Both the position numbers and the translations under genes were made by a program. A DNA stretch of 64,000 bases from Candidatus Eiseniibacteriota bacterium (GTDB taxonomy: Bacteria > Eisenbacteria > RBG-16-71-46 > CAIMUX01 > VGJL01), in assembly GCA_963792585.1 (NCBI GenBank), contig CAWBWI010000003.1:160001-224000 (forward strand). The letters run 5' to 3'. The first letter of the stretch is position 1, and each line of letters opens with the position of its first letter. A model generated the notes under the pieces. It did not search any database. It saw only the letters and a program-made list of their open reading frames with translations, and was not told the DNA's origin. Positions 1-10,406 of the stretch are shown piece after piece.

Positions 1-2
1 CG

Positions 3-1781
3 TTGAAGGGCCTTCCCTTGCTCATCTTGGCGATCCTCTTCCTCACCCCGGCGACTGCTCCGGCCGCGGACACGCACCCGTCGACCATCGACCGGTGGGA
101 GTGGGACACCGATCACATCGCGAAGCAGCTTCCCCAGTGGGAGACGCCCGAAGAGCGGGAGTGGGCCAAGGACCAGCCGCCCCTGATTCTGCTCAACGAT
201 CCGCCCCCCATCGCGCCCATCCGCAACGTGGGCGAATACGAACCGATGTCGAAGGCGCTCATACGCTATCCGCTCGGCATCCCGTATGCGCTGATCCGCG
301 AGATGGCGGAGAACGTCCAGATCGCGTGCGTTGTCTCGTCGGGTCTCTACAACACCGCCCGATCGAACTTCCAGACAAACGGAGTCGATCCCGACGCGGT
401 GGACTGGATCATCGCCCCAAGCGACTCCTACTGGACGCGCGACTACGGCCCCTGGTTCGTCTACGACGGCGGCGGAGACATCGCGATCATCGACCATTAC
501 TACAACCGTCCGAGCCGACCGAACGACAACCTGATCCCGATCGTATGCGCCCAGCATTGGGGCATTCCCTCCTACACGCACGATCTGTGGACCACTGGCG
601 GCAACTACATGACCGACGGGTATGGAATATCCTTCTCGACCGATCTGGTCTGGAACGAGAACACCAATCGGACCCATCAGCAGATCTTCCAGCTGATGCA
701 CGATTACTACGGTCTCTCCACTTATAACGTGGTCCCGGACATTTCGACCTCCGGGATCCACCACATCGACTGCTGGGCGAAGCTCCTCGACGAAGAGACG
801 ATCGTCATGAAGCAGGTCTCTTCGGGACATCCGGACTACCCCGAGCTGGAACAGAACGCCACACTGATCTCGTCGCTCACGGCCTCGACCGGGAGGAACT
901 ACCATGTCGTCCGCGTCTTCTGTCCATCGATCGGAGGCACCGACGTCGCCAGCTATACGAATTCGCTCATCGTCAGCCGCAAGGTTCTCGTTCCGATCTT
1001 TAACAATTCCTATGACAATCAGGCTCTCGATGTCTATCGGGCCGCGATGCCTGGATACGAAGTCCTGGGCTTCACCGGCAGTTGGCTCACCGACGATGCG
1101 ATTCACTGCCGGGTCATGGGTATCCCGGACTTCTACATGCTTCGGGTCGAGCACACGCCGATCATTTCGTGGAACACCTACGCGCCGATACCCGTGTCGG
1201 CGCGGTTCGATGATCGTAGCGAGGCGGGTCTCAAGTCCGATTCGCTGCTCGTCTATTGGCGCGCCTATCCGACCGGAAATCCGGCGGGACCGTTCAGCCC
1301 CCGCGTGATGATCGCGACAGGCGGCCAGGATGAGTACGCCGTCGATCTCCCGGCTCAGGCAAGCGGAACCACCGTCGACTACTACATCCATGCGGTCGAT
1401 CAGACGAGCCGCCGGGCCGGGATGCCGCGCGCGGAGCCGAGCGGGTGGTACACGTTCAACGTGACGTTGCCCCCCGCCGATGTCGCCGATCTCGGCGGCG
1501 CGCAGAGCGCGCGTCTCGAGCAGAACCGACCCAACCCTTTCAACCCATCGACCGTCTTCTCGTTCGAACTGCAGTACGCGGACGACGTTCGCCTCACGAT
1601 CCACGATGCCGAGGGTTGTCTCGTGCGTACCCTCGTCGACGGCGGCGTTGCCGCCGGACGCCATGAGATCAATTGGGATGGTCGCAACGACGATGGCCGG
1701 GAACTCGCGGCCGGGACCTATTTCTATCGCCTCCAGGCGGCCCGGGTGACCTATACCCGAAAGGCCCTCCTATTGAAGTAA
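3..1781 (+). CDS. Secreted agmatine deiminase / peptidylarginine deiminase (PPAD) family protein with C-terminal FlgD-Ig/T9SS-like domain
   Basis: Signal peptide (MKGLPLLILAILFLTPATAPA); amidinotransferase-fold motifs WTRDYGP, GGN, HHID, AIHC; C-terminal QNRPNPFNPST...WDGRNDDG...GTYFYRL...KALLLK. The TTG start is at the window edge, so it is uncertain. Confidence 0.88.
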   Translation: MKGLPLLILAILFLTPATAPAADTHPSTIDRWEWDTDHIAKQLPQWETPEEREWAKDQPPLILLNDPPPIAPIRNVGEYEPMSKALIRYPLGIPYALIREMAENVQIACVVSSGLYNTARSNFQTNGVDPDAVDWIIAPSDSYWTRDYGPWFVYDGGGDIAIIDHYYNRPSRPNDNLIPIVCAQHWGIPSYTHDLWTTGGNYMTDGYGISFSTDLVWNENTNRTHQQIFQLMHDYYGLSTYNVVPDISTSGIHHIDCWAKLLDEETIVMKQVSSGHPDYPELEQNATLISSLTASTGRNYHVVRVFCPSIGGTDVASYTNSLIVSRKVLVPIFNNSYDNQALDVYRAAMPGYEVLGFTGSWLTDDAIHCRVMGIPDFYMLRVEHTPIISWNTYAPIPVSARFDDRSEAGLKSDSLLVYWRAYPTGNPAGPFSPRVMIATGGQDEYAVDLPAQASGTTVDYYIHAVDQTSRRAGMPRAEPSGWYTFNVTLPPADVADLGGAQSARLEQNRPNPFNPSTVFSFELQYADDVRLTIHDAEGCLVRTLVDGGVAAGRHEINWDGRNDDGRELAAGTYFYRLQAARVTYTRKALLLK

Positions 1782-1809
1782 CGCCCCCCGCGGAGCGCTC
1801 TGTCTCGAA

Positions 1810-1836
1810 GAAGGCCGGGGTTGCCCCCCGGCCTTC
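1810..1836 (+). terminator. GC-rich hairpin, probable intrinsic terminator
   Basis: GAAGGCCGGGG-ttgcc-CCCCGGCCTTC, a perfect 11-bp stem 29 nt after the deiminase stop; weak U-tract. Confidence 0.5.
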
Positions 1837-1905
1837 GTATGCTATTCTCCTCGGTTCTCGCGACCAAGGGCCGCGCGCAACCAACCTCCATGAGGAGTCG
1901 ATCGC

Positions 1906-2307
1906 ATGAGTCCGAAGGAGAACAAGTCCGCCATACAGGGCATCTACGCGGCGTTCGGGCGCGGCGACATACCCGCCGTTCTCGACGCGCTCACCGACGA
2001 CATCGAGTGGACCTTCCACGGGCCACCCGAGATCCCGTACGCCGGCCGTCATCGCGGTCGCGACGCGATCGCCCGCTTCTTCACGATCGTGAGCGAGGTC
2101 GCGAGCATCCAGGAATTCGCGCCACAGAAGTTCCTCGCCGATGAGGAGACGGTGGCCGTCCTCGGGCGCGAGAGGGTCACGGCCCGCAGTACGGGTCGCG
2201 AGTTCGACGTCGAGTGGATCCACGTCTTCGTCTTCCGCGGTGACAGGGTGGCGGAGATCTTCGAGTTCACCGACACGGCGGCGCTCGCCGCGGCGTACGG
2301 CACATGA
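1906..2307 (+). CDS. SnoaL/NTF2-like (ketosteroid isomerase-like) protein
   Basis: 133 aa; NKSAIQGIYAAFGRGDIPAVLDALTDDIEW...GRHRGRDAI...WIHVFVFRGDRV pattern; GAGGAG RBS. Confidence 0.85.
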   Translation: MSPKENKSAIQGIYAAFGRGDIPAVLDALTDDIEWTFHGPPEIPYAGRHRGRDAIARFFTIVSEVASIQEFAPQKFLADEETVAVLGRERVTARSTGREFDVEWIHVFVFRGDRVAEIFEFTDTAALAAAYGT

Positions 2308-2412
2308 CGTTTGTCCACCTCTGCCGGGGGCGCTGCGAATGATGGCACGATCGATCCGATCCTGTCGGCCGGGCTGGCGGCGCCAGGTCGATCGCAATAT
2401 GATCTCTCCGTC

Positions 2413-2942
2413 ATGCCCTCGAAGATCACGGTCAATCGCGCACCCGTTCTGACCCTCTGGGCCGCAGTGGTCGCGGAACGGCTTGGCTTCGATCGCGACG
2501 CGGCCTTGACGCTCGGGAAGGCGGTCGCCGGTTTGAACGCGCAGGCCAAGGGCCGGCATCTCGGTATCTTCAAACCCCGCGCGAGCACGCATGGCGGGCC
2601 TCCGAAAAGAGCGGCCTCGGCGAAGAGTTCTGGATCGATCTGTGCGGGCGGGCGATCCCCGCAAAGCAGACCGCGGGCGGCGTACGCGCGGTGGTGAAGG
2701 ACGACCCGATCGAACCCGCCGCCGTGCAGGCCTACCTCGAGCGCGCCTTCGGCGGCGAACTCGCCGCGGTCCGTGCGGCCATGGAGCGCCTGGCCCGATC
2801 TCTCCAGCCGGACATCCTCACCCGCGATGCCTTTTCTCTGTATGAGAGTTTCCGACCGGCGGTCGCGCGCGGCCAAGCGGGATGGGGTCAGAAGGGAACC
2901 CTCGACATCGAGAAGATCCTCGGCCTTCGTCCGGGGCGTTGA
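2413..2942 (+). CDS. Conserved hypothetical protein, split by a 1-nt frameshift near 2605
   Basis: Frame 1 reads MPSKITVNRAPVLTLWAAVVAERLGF.... It continues in another frame as KSGLGEEFWIDLCGRAIP...YESFRPAVARGQAGWGQKGTLDI. Adding one A to CCGAAAAGAGC joins them. Confidence 0.65.
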
Positions 2943-3033
2943 GCCCCGCCGGGTGACGGGAGCGGCTCGCCATCGCATGGCGTGTGCAGGCGGGCGTGCG
3001 GTCGGCTGGGATTCCCCGCGGAAGGCACTTCGC

Positions 3034-4203
3034 CTATTCCGTCTTGAGAGATCGCGCCCCCGCGCTGAGGAAGACCGCGGCGTACCCCAGCAACACGAGA
3101 CACGGGACGACGATCACCCCCGGTCCCTTCCCGAAGGAGAGCATCCCGTGGAGCGCGTCCATCGCCCATGCGGCCGGTGAGATGTGGCCGAAGATCTGCA
3201 TCCAGCGCGGCACGATCTCGAGCGGCCACCAGCACCCGCCGATCGCTGCCAGAAAGAGCGGCACGATCCAGGCGATCGCGCCCGCCTGCTCGGGCGTGCG
3301 CACCAATCCCCCCAGGAAGATCCCGATCGAGGCGGCCACGAGCGCGAGACAGAGTAGCAGCGCCACGAGCGCGAGCGGGCTCGGGCCCCACCAGACCTTG
3401 TAGAGCAGCGCCCCCGCGGTGATCAGGATGACGCTCTGCACGAATCCGAGCAGAACGCGTCCGAGGACCTTCCCGGAAAGGATATCTCCGCGACTGACCG
3501 GCATCGCGCTCAATCGAGCAAGGCATCGGTTCTGCTTCTCGAGCGCGAGAAAGGTCGCGCCGTAGATCACGGTGTTCGTCATCAGGAAGAGGACCAGCAT
3601 CGCCGGCGCGCTCGCGCCGAATCCCGACGGGGTCGTGTGCCCTTTGCCCGCCGTGCGGACCTCGGTTCGGACGAGATCGGGGCGCGCGAGCAGTGCCCGA
3701 TACTGCGTCTCGAACGCCGCCCCCGTGATCTCCCCTTTTCCGGAAGTGTCGGATTCGGCAAGGGCGGCGAGAGTCCGCAGGACCACCTTGTATACCGATA
3801 TGCGCGCGGAGAGATCCCGGTCCGCGTCGCGACTCCGGGTGACGTCCATGGTGAGCGTCGTTCTCAATCCGGCTTCCAGGGAATCGGAGAATCCCTTCGG
3901 GATCGTGAGTGCGCGAGCGTAGGTCCCAGCGGAGTCGCGCATCTCCGGGAGGAAGACGCCGACCTTGAGCTTCTCCCTGCCCAGCTGTTCCACGAAGCTC
4001 CGCGAGAGGAAGCTCGCGTCCTCGTCGATCACGGCGAGACCGACGGGCGGGGACGATTTTCCGGAGTCCCGGAACATCCCGCCGAAGAGCCCGATGAAGG
4101 CGATGGGCATGATCAGCATCCAGAAGAGGGCGCTCCGCTCCTTCATCGTGAGCCGGAGGTCGTTGAGGGCGATCGCGAGGATCGCGGAGAGCCGGCGCAT
4201 CAC
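3034..4203 (-). CDS. ABC-2 type exporter permease
   Basis: N-terminal TM, periplasmic domain and 5 C-terminal TMs with LFLAAIGGCWWPLE..P.WMQ..GHISP motif. Confidence 0.88.
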   Translation of the reverse strand: MMRRLSAILAIALNDLRLTMKERSALFWMLIMPIAFIGLFGGMFRDSGKSSPPVGLAVIDEDASFLSRSFVEQLGREKLKVGVFLPEMRDSAGTYARALTIPKGFSDSLEAGLRTTLTMDVTRSRDADRDLSARISVYKVVLRTLAALAESDTSGKGEITGAAFETQYRALLARPDLVRTEVRTAGKGHTTPSGFGASAPAMLVLFLMTNTVIYGATFLALEKQNRCLARLSAMPVSRGDILSGKVLGRVLLGFVQSVILITAGALLYKVWWGPSPLALVALLLCLALVAASIGIFLGGLVRTPEQAGAIAWIVPLFLAAIGGCWWPLEIVPRWMQIFGHISPAAWAMDALHGMLSFGKGPGVIVVPCLVLLGYAAVFLSAGARSLKTE

Positions 4204-5452
4204 GCACCCGTCCTGTAGCGCCGTCCGAAGAAGTACATCGCCGCGCCCGAGAAGATCGCGCCGCAGGCGATGAGGATCGCGAGGTTCGGAAGGATGCTCG
4301 CGAAGCTGCCGGAGCCGAAGAGGATCTCGCGGTAGCCGACGTTCCCCCAGTAGGTGAGGGTGTAGGGAGCCATCTTCTGAACGACTGCGGGGAGGGATTC
4401 GAGCGGGATCCAGGATCCCCGAGCATCGACATCACCATGACCAGGATCGATCCGAGGGTCGAGCCGCTCCGCTCGGAGCGCGAGATCGACTGGATCAGCG
4501 CCGCGAATCCCGTCGCGGCCAGGCCGAAGGCGAGGGAGAGGCTGAAGAAGCCGACCGGGTGCAAACTCGATCCGGACCAGATGGCCGCCACGAGGGCCAG
4601 GATCACGATGCAGGCGATCGAGGTGATCCAGGTGGCCGCGATCTTACCGGCGATCACGCCCCCCGCCGGGACGGGCGCCACGAACTGCCGCGGCAGAGTC
4701 CCGTGCGCCGCCTCGCGCGGGAGGTCGGCCATGCTTCCGATCGCGAGCATCATGAGGGAGAAGATCGCCATGCCCGGCAAGACGAAGAGCGCGATCCGAA
4801 AAGGCGCGTCTCCATCCGACTTCTTCTCGTCGTTCGGGGTCGTGGCGTTCTCGAGCCTGATCGCGGGGGGCATGGCGTAGCGGCCCACGCCTTGCATCCG
4901 CCGGCTGATCGCGACCGATACGTTGGAGACGAACGTCTCGCTCGGCGGCGTGTCCTTCCGCGTGGACTCTCGAATCTCGGCAAGGGGACCACCCAGGACA
5001 CGAACGGCCGCTCCCGACCCGAGCGCGAGGACGCGCACGAACTCCTCGACGATCTGCGGGTAGATACCCTGCGCCGGATTCCGCACCACTTCCAGGTACG
5101 TCGCGCGGCTCTCGAAGAGGCTGTCACTGAAACCCGGGGGAAAACGCAGGATTGCGGATATCTTGTTGTTCTCAATCATCCGCGTCGCGTTCGCCATGTT
5201 CGCTTCGACGATGTCGAACCGGGTGGTCATTCGCTCTTGCGCGAAAGAGGACTTCAACAGGCGTGATGCAAGTCCGCCGTCTTCGTCGACGAGCGCCACC
5301 CTGATCGGCGCGGTCTTCTCTCCGGAACTACCGAATGTGAAACCGATCAACAGCGCGAAGAGAACGGGGAAGATCAGGTAGATCACCGGTCCCAGGGGAG
5401 AGCGGAGCTTTCGCAGCAGGTCCTTCCGGACGACGGCCAGGAATGTGCGCAT
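4200..5452 (-). CDS. ABC-2 type exporter permease, frameshifted near 4418
   Basis: MRTFLAVVRKDLLRKLRSP...MVMSMLG. One extra G in CTC-GGG-GAT restores LGGSWIPLESLPAVVQKMAPYT...RRYRTGA*, ending at TGA 4200-4202 and overlapping the next start. Confidence 0.8.
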
Positions 5453-5462
5453 GTCGTCCGCG

Positions 5463-6392
5463 TCAATCTCGCAGATCGCGCCCGGTCAATTTGATGAAGA
5501 CGTTCTGAAGGCTCGGCTCTTGCATCGTGATGTCCGCGACGTCGACGCCGGAACGCAGGATGGTCGTCAACATATCCGAAGCGGCGCGACGTTCCCCGGT
5601 GACCGAGACCATCGCCGCGTTGTCCTCCAATGAGAGGATCTTCACATCGGCCGACGCGCCGATTGCCGAGCGAAACGCGTTGGCCGTGAATTCCCCCCTG
5701 AGGGTCACGATCGTCCCCTCGCCGACGAGCCGGCGAAGCTCGGGTATCGTCCCTTCCGCCAGAATGCGGCCCTTGTCCACGATTCCGACGCGGTCACAGA
5801 GCAGCTCCGCCTCCTCGAGATAGTGCGTGGTGTAGAGGATGGCGGTCCCCTCCTTCTGAAGAACGCGCACGACGTCGAGGATGTTGATCCGGGCTTGGGG
5901 ATCGATCCCGACCGTCGGCTCGTCGAGGAGAAGCGCCTTCGGCCCGTGGACCAGGCCGATCGCGAGGTTGAGCCGGCGCTTCATCCCGCCGGAGAACTTG
6001 CGGCTGGCCGTCTTCGCGCCCGGGTCGAGACCAACCCGCTCGAGCGATTGGGCCACCCTGCGCTTGGCCTCTCCACCCCTAATCCCGTGCAAGGACGCGA
6101 AGTAGGAGACATTTTCGGCGGCGCTCAGGGTGTCGTAGATCGCCGTCTCCTGCGGAACGACCCCGAGGTGACGCCGGGCAGCGATGGGGTCGGCGGCGAG
6201 GTCGATCTCGGCGACCGTGACGCGACCGCCGTCCGGCTTCAAGAGCCCGGAAATGCAGGAGATCGTGGTTGTCTTCCCCGCGCCATTGGGTCCGAGGAGG
6301 CCGTAGATCTCCCCGGGCGCAACCCGGAAGGAGATCCCGTCGACCGCCCGGGTCGAACCGTAGTGTTTCTGGAGATTCTCGACTTGGATCAT
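5463..6392 (-). CDS. ABC exporter ATP-binding subunit
   Basis: Walker A GPNGAGKTT, signature FSGGMKRR, Walker B LLLDEPT, H-loop TTHY; first gene of a 3-gene operon. Confidence 0.95.
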   Translation of the reverse strand: MIQVENLQKHYGSTRAVDGISFRVAPGEIYGLLGPNGAGKTTTISCISGLLKPDGGRVTVAEIDLAADPIAARRHLGVVPQETAIYDTLSAAENVSYFASLHGIRGGEAKRRVAQSLERVGLDPGAKTASRKFSGGMKRRLNLAIGLVHGPKALLLDEPTVGIDPQARINILDVVRVLQKEGTAILYTTHYLEEAELLCDRVGIVDKGRILAEGTIPELRRLVGEGTIVTLRGEFTANAFRSAIGASADVKILSLEDNAAMVSVTGERRAASDMLTTILRSGVDVADITMQEPSLQNVFIKLTGRDLRD

Positions 6393-6470
6393 TGCCCCCA
6401 CCTTTTCGACGGCGGAGCCTACCAGACTCCGAGCCCCGAGTCCTTCGTTTTCTGGATGCTACGTATTTGA

Positions 6471-6479
6471 TGCTATAAT
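6471..6479 (+). promoter_or_regulatory. Extended -10 promoter element (TGnTATAAT)
   Basis: TGCTATAAT, 48 nt upstream of the 6527 start in a divergent intergenic region. Confidence 0.5.
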
Positions 6480-6526
6480 CGTTCCACGCGAACGGGCCTC
6501 TTGAGACCTGGCGAAGAGGGGTGTGA

Positions 6527-8092
6527 ATGCTCTGGAAGCGGGCGGGCCGTTTCGGCCCGAGGATCCTCGTCCCTGTGACCCTCCTGGTCCTGCTCTGCGG
6601 AGCCGAGGCCCGCTCCCAGGTGCGTCTTGTCGAAGCCGACACCTGCGGCGCCCCCATCCCCGCGTTGGCCCAGCTCCTCAACGAGCGGGACATCCCCATC
6701 GATCTGATCCGTGCCTATGCCGAGCCTTTCATGTCCAGCCAGGATCCGGACGGCGGCTATCAGCTCACGCCGAACGTCCAAACTCACATGAAGGCCGTCA
6801 TGGCGATGGCTCTGGCCTCACAGGTGACAGGGGACATCCGGTATGCCGAGTCGGCCCGCCGCGACCTGCTCTGGGTCGTTCGGAACCGGATGGAATCCAA
6901 CGGCGGCATCAACTGGAATGGCCCTCAGAACCAGTATTTCTTCGAAGTCCACCAGCACTGGTTCCTCATCGCGAGCGAGATGGTGCGCGAGACCCTCGGC
7001 GAGCCCGATTCCCTGCGAACCCTCCAGCGCCGCGCGTGGCTATATCTTCTCCAGAACAATCCGGCCTCCGCGGACTTCTACTATCACAATCTCACGAATC
7101 ATGGGGTCTTCTTCGCCTATCGGAGTCTCGACCGGGACGGCCGATTTCAGACACAAGCCCCCTTCAAGGGCTCCTACGAAGTCGGAGCGGCGCTCTGGGC
7201 TCTGGCGCTCCACAGCGGACACTCCTGGCTCGACGTAGGACCCGGGAGCGCGCCCGGTCATACCGTCGCGGAGTACCTTGGCCGCCTTGTCACCCAGGCG
7301 CAGCTGTCTCCGTATCAAAAAGGCTTCTTCGACCAGGAGAAAGGAAGCTGGATCCGGTCACTTCGTTGGAACGGAATCGACTGGTCCGGTTGGGAAACAC
7401 ACGATACAAAGTATGCGCTGCACACCTCGGAGGGGGCACTCCTGTACACGATCCTGACCGGTCGAAGGGAACTCGTGGACAAGGAGCGCAGGGACGTGGA
7501 AGCGCTCCTGGCGCGGATCTATCCGACGGGCATGGTCCGCGGGATCCCCGACGGGTACGGCTCTGCGGCATATGAGTACGGAGAAGTTCTGTCGGTCCTC
7601 GGGCTCGGGGCGCAGGTCCCGTGGGGTCCCACGCATGGAATCGGCAACCGCTGCCTGGATGCAGGACGGTCGGTTTTCGCATACGCGGTCAACAGTTTCG
7701 GCCCGATGGTCTCCGAGGACGCTGCAGTCCTCCTCCTCGGGATGTGCCGCGTCTTCCAGGCCGATCAACTCGCGCGGACGATCGTGAAACTCGACGATGC
7801 ATCTTCCGATGTCGTATCGACACGGGCGACACTCTCCGTGTGGCCCAATCCGATGTCGGGCCGGACCACGATCACTTACTCGCTGCGGCCGGAAGCGACC
7901 GGTTCCCTGCGGATCATCGACGCGGGCGGCCGCGAAGTGACATCGATCGCGATCTCCGCCACGGATGCGGCGGGTCGATTCCTGTGGGACGGCCGCGACG
8001 CGCGCGGTCGAAGCCTGCCGTCGGGCCAATACCGGGCCCTGCTCGATGACGGACGCACGCGCTGGAGCGCGGGCATCTCGATCGTCCGTTAG
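6527..8092 (+). CDS. Secreted hypothetical protein, probable alpha-helical barrel (six-hairpin glycosidase-like) domain plus FlgD-Ig/T9SS-like tail
   Basis: Signal peptide; helical repeats such as VTGDIRYAESARRDLLWV and LLYTILTGRRELV; C-terminal VWPNPMSGRTTI...WDGRDARGRSLPSGQY. Confidence 0.6.
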   Translation: MLWKRAGRFGPRILVPVTLLVLLCGAEARSQVRLVEADTCGAPIPALAQLLNERDIPIDLIRAYAEPFMSSQDPDGGYQLTPNVQTHMKAVMAMALASQVTGDIRYAESARRDLLWVVRNRMESNGGINWNGPQNQYFFEVHQHWFLIASEMVRETLGEPDSLRTLQRRAWLYLLQNNPASADFYYHNLTNHGVFFAYRSLDRDGRFQTQAPFKGSYEVGAALWALALHSGHSWLDVGPGSAPGHTVAEYLGRLVTQAQLSPYQKGFFDQEKGSWIRSLRWNGIDWSGWETHDTKYALHTSEGALLYTILTGRRELVDKERRDVEALLARIYPTGMVRGIPDGYGSAAYEYGEVLSVLGLGAQVPWGPTHGIGNRCLDAGRSVFAYAVNSFGPMVSEDAAVLLLGMCRVFQADQLARTIVKLDDASSDVVSTRATLSVWPNPMSGRTTITYSLRPEATGSLRIIDAGGREVTSIAISATDAAGRFLWDGRDARGRSLPSGQYRALLDDGRTRWSAGISIVR

Positions 8093-8099
8093 GAGCGGT

Positions 8100-10280
8100 C
8101 TACTTCGCGAAGTCCCACCGCGCGCCCATCCGCTCGACCTGGTCCAGCACACCGGTCATCTGCCCATCCGACGGCGCGGCCCGCGCGCAAACTCGGGCGG
8201 CGGCGCGGGCAGCGTCCCATTCCGTCCACGCCGAAGCCCGATCGCCAACCCGCAATCGGTCCTGCGCTCGATAGAGACGGAGCACCGCAAGATTGTGGTA
8301 GATCAGCGTCTCGCGGGGAGAGACGCGGAGCGCCCTCTCCAGCTCGGCGAGGGCCTCGTCCCACCGGTGGGATGCGAGGTGAAGGCCGCTCAAGACCAGG
8401 CGGATCTCGACGTCGGTCGAGTCCCGCCGCCCTGCTTGCTCGTAGGCCGCGATTGCGGCTGTCGTGTCTCCGAGACCGGCGCGGACTTCGCCGAGCGTCT
8501 TCCACAGGTGGGATGTCCCCGCGCCAGCGGCGACCTGTTTCTCGAGGAGCTCCCTTGCGCGGAGGAGATCCTTCGCCGCGATCGCTTGCTGTACCGGGGC
8601 CTCCCAGCCGCTTTCGCCGCGGAGACGAAGGATCGCGTAGCGATCGCGCGACCAGACGACATCGGAGGATTCTCGAATCGCCGCCAGCCCCCGGACGATC
8701 GCCGCGCGGGCGTTCGCGCCGGAGACGAGCCGTTCGCGACCGGTCGCGACGAGATAACGAACCCCTCGCGCCACATGCTCGTCGGGCGGCGTCAGGCCCA
8801 GGAAATCAACGACCTGGATGCTGTAGCGAGTCGGGTCCGGGAACGGGCCTCCCTTCTCCGTCACAATCCGCTCGCCTTTGGGAACATTCGCATCGAGCCA
8901 CCGTGTCATCTCGATGCGCGGGTCGGGACGCGCGCGGCGCGCCTCCCGCGTCGTCAGACGCACCGTCCCCGGCGCGAGGACGAGGCCGGCGGCAAGGATG
9001 GCGGCGGCCCGGTGAGCCCTCGCGGGGATGCGCGGCAAGCGCGCGACCCAGCGAACCGACTCCTCCACGCCGAGCGCGGCCAGCGCGAGAACCGCCGGCC
9101 ATGCGGGGAGGAGGTAGCGTGGATACAGCGTCTTCCACCTCAGGAGAGGCAATAGAAACACCAGGGCCCATACGGCGATCCACACGCGGCCGCGATGCAC
9201 TGAACGAAGACTGACGATCGCGCCGATCAGCGCGGCGAGAATGCCGACGATCCCGAGATCATGCCAGAAGACGGAAGCGACCTTGCCGAGGGAGGACGCC
9301 TCCGGCAGATCCCCTTGCTCGATCGCGGGCGTGACGGAGGCGATGTGGCGGAACTCGTATCCCAGGTCGCGGACAAACCTGGATGTATCGAGGAGCGCAA
9401 ACGGCGTCGTGACAAGAAACGCGGCGACGGCCGCGGCGGTCGCGAGGCCAAGTCGGCCCAACCCAAGTCGCCCCGTGCTCCGCCAATCGCGGAGGGCGAT
9501 CAGAGGAAGGAGCAGGGCAATGGAGCCCGCGCTGTACTTGACGCCCGCGGCCAAGCCCGCGAGCGCGCCCGCTACGATCCATCTCCGTGCGGAGGAAGCC
9601 TGCGCTCCCGCGGCAACCTCCGTCTTACCGCTCGCCTGCGTCGGGTTACTCTGCCGCCCTTGCGCCAGCGACACGCAGACGAGCAGCGCAGCGGTGGCGA
9701 CCGCGGCCGCGGTCATGTCGGTCGTGATCAGGTGCGAGTTCTCGACCGCGAGCGGCGAGAGGGCCATGAAGAGAGCCGCCGTCCGCGCGGTAATCTTCGA
9801 AGCGCCCACGCGCGCGACGAGGAGGTAGACGAGTCCTACCGTCACCGTTCCCGCGAACGCGCTCACTCCGCGGCCGATCAGGTAGAGCGCGGGAACGCCG
9901 ATCGTCGGGTAGAAATAGAGGACGCCCCCCCCTGCGGGCTGCGGATAGGTTCCCGAAGCGAGCCAGGAGATGGCCGCCGCCCATCCAGCGAAATGCCCAA
10001 TGACAACGCCGCCGGCGCAGACGATTCCATACAGGAGGGCGAGGAGCATGATCAGCCCACTGGGATAGTGAAAGAAGCGCGGATTCATCGTCCCGTGCTG
10101 AAGCATCCAGACCGCGTTGTCGACGAGGGTCGGTTCGTCGTAGTGGAGGACGTAAGGCAGATCGCCCCGGATGTGCCAGAAGCGCACGAATGCCCCGACC
10201 GCCAGGATCAGCCAGAGGAACCGATCGCGGCTCATCCGCATTCCGGCAGGGACCATTCGGAGACTGGGGTCAGGTACCAC
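8100..10280 (-). CDS. GT-C membrane glycosyltransferase (ArnT/PMT, GT39/GT83-like) with C-terminal TPR repeats
   Basis: HYDEP acidic motif after TM1, multiple TMs, AAGVKY, YPRYLLP; C-terminal TPR-like helices (LWKTLGEVRAGLGDTTAAIAAYEQA; YHNLAVL). Start uncertain. Confidence 0.75.
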   Translation of the reverse strand: MVPDPSLRMVPAGMRMSRDRFLWLILAVGAFVRFWHIRGDLPYVLHYDEPTLVDNAVWMLQHGTMNPRFFHYPSGLIMLLALLYGIVCAGGVVIGHFAGWAAAISWLASGTYPQPAGGGVLYFYPTIGVPALYLIGRGVSAFAGTVTVGLVYLLVARVGASKITARTAALFMALSPLAVENSHLITTDMTAAAVATAALLVCVSLAQGRQSNPTQASGKTEVAAGAQASSARRWIVAGALAGLAAGVKYSAGSIALLLPLIALRDWRSTGRLGLGRLGLATAAAVAAFLVTTPFALLDTSRFVRDLGYEFRHIASVTPAIEQGDLPEASSLGKVASVFWHDLGIVGILAALIGAIVSLRSVHRGRVWIAVWALVFLLPLLRWKTLYPRYLLPAWPAVLALAALGVEESVRWVARLPRIPARAHRAAAILAAGLVLAPGTVRLTTREARRARPDPRIEMTRWLDANVPKGERIVTEKGGPFPDPTRYSIQVVDFLGLTPPDEHVARGVRYLVATGRERLVSGANARAAIVRGLAAIRESSDVVWSRDRYAILRLRGESGWEAPVQQAIAAKDLLRARELLEKQVAAGAGTSHLWKTLGEVRAGLGDTTAAIAAYEQAGRRDSTDVEIRLVLSGLHLASHRWDEALAELERALRVSPRETLIYHNLAVLRLYRAQDRLRVGDRASAWTEWDAARAAARVCARAAPSDGQMTGVLDQVERMGARWDFAK

Positions 10281-10406
10281 GGTTCATGGACTCCGGTCGC
10301 AGTATAGCATCGCGCGTCTCGGACGCGGCCCCGCGCCGTCCACCCACGGGTCGCCACGTGGTACGCTTTCGGAGAAGCCCCCGGGGGCAGCGAAGAAAGG
10401 AGTCCC

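Noticed and set aside
2595..2615. Programmed -1 ribosomal frameshift in the conserved hypothetical gene
   Set aside because: No canonical X-XXY-YYZ slippery heptamer in frame; several similar indels in the window point to sequencing error.
2888..5452. 854-aa ORF that looks like a giant permease fusion
   Set aside because: Artefact of the frameshift near 4418; the C-terminal half is out-of-frame read-through over the real 3034-4203 permease.
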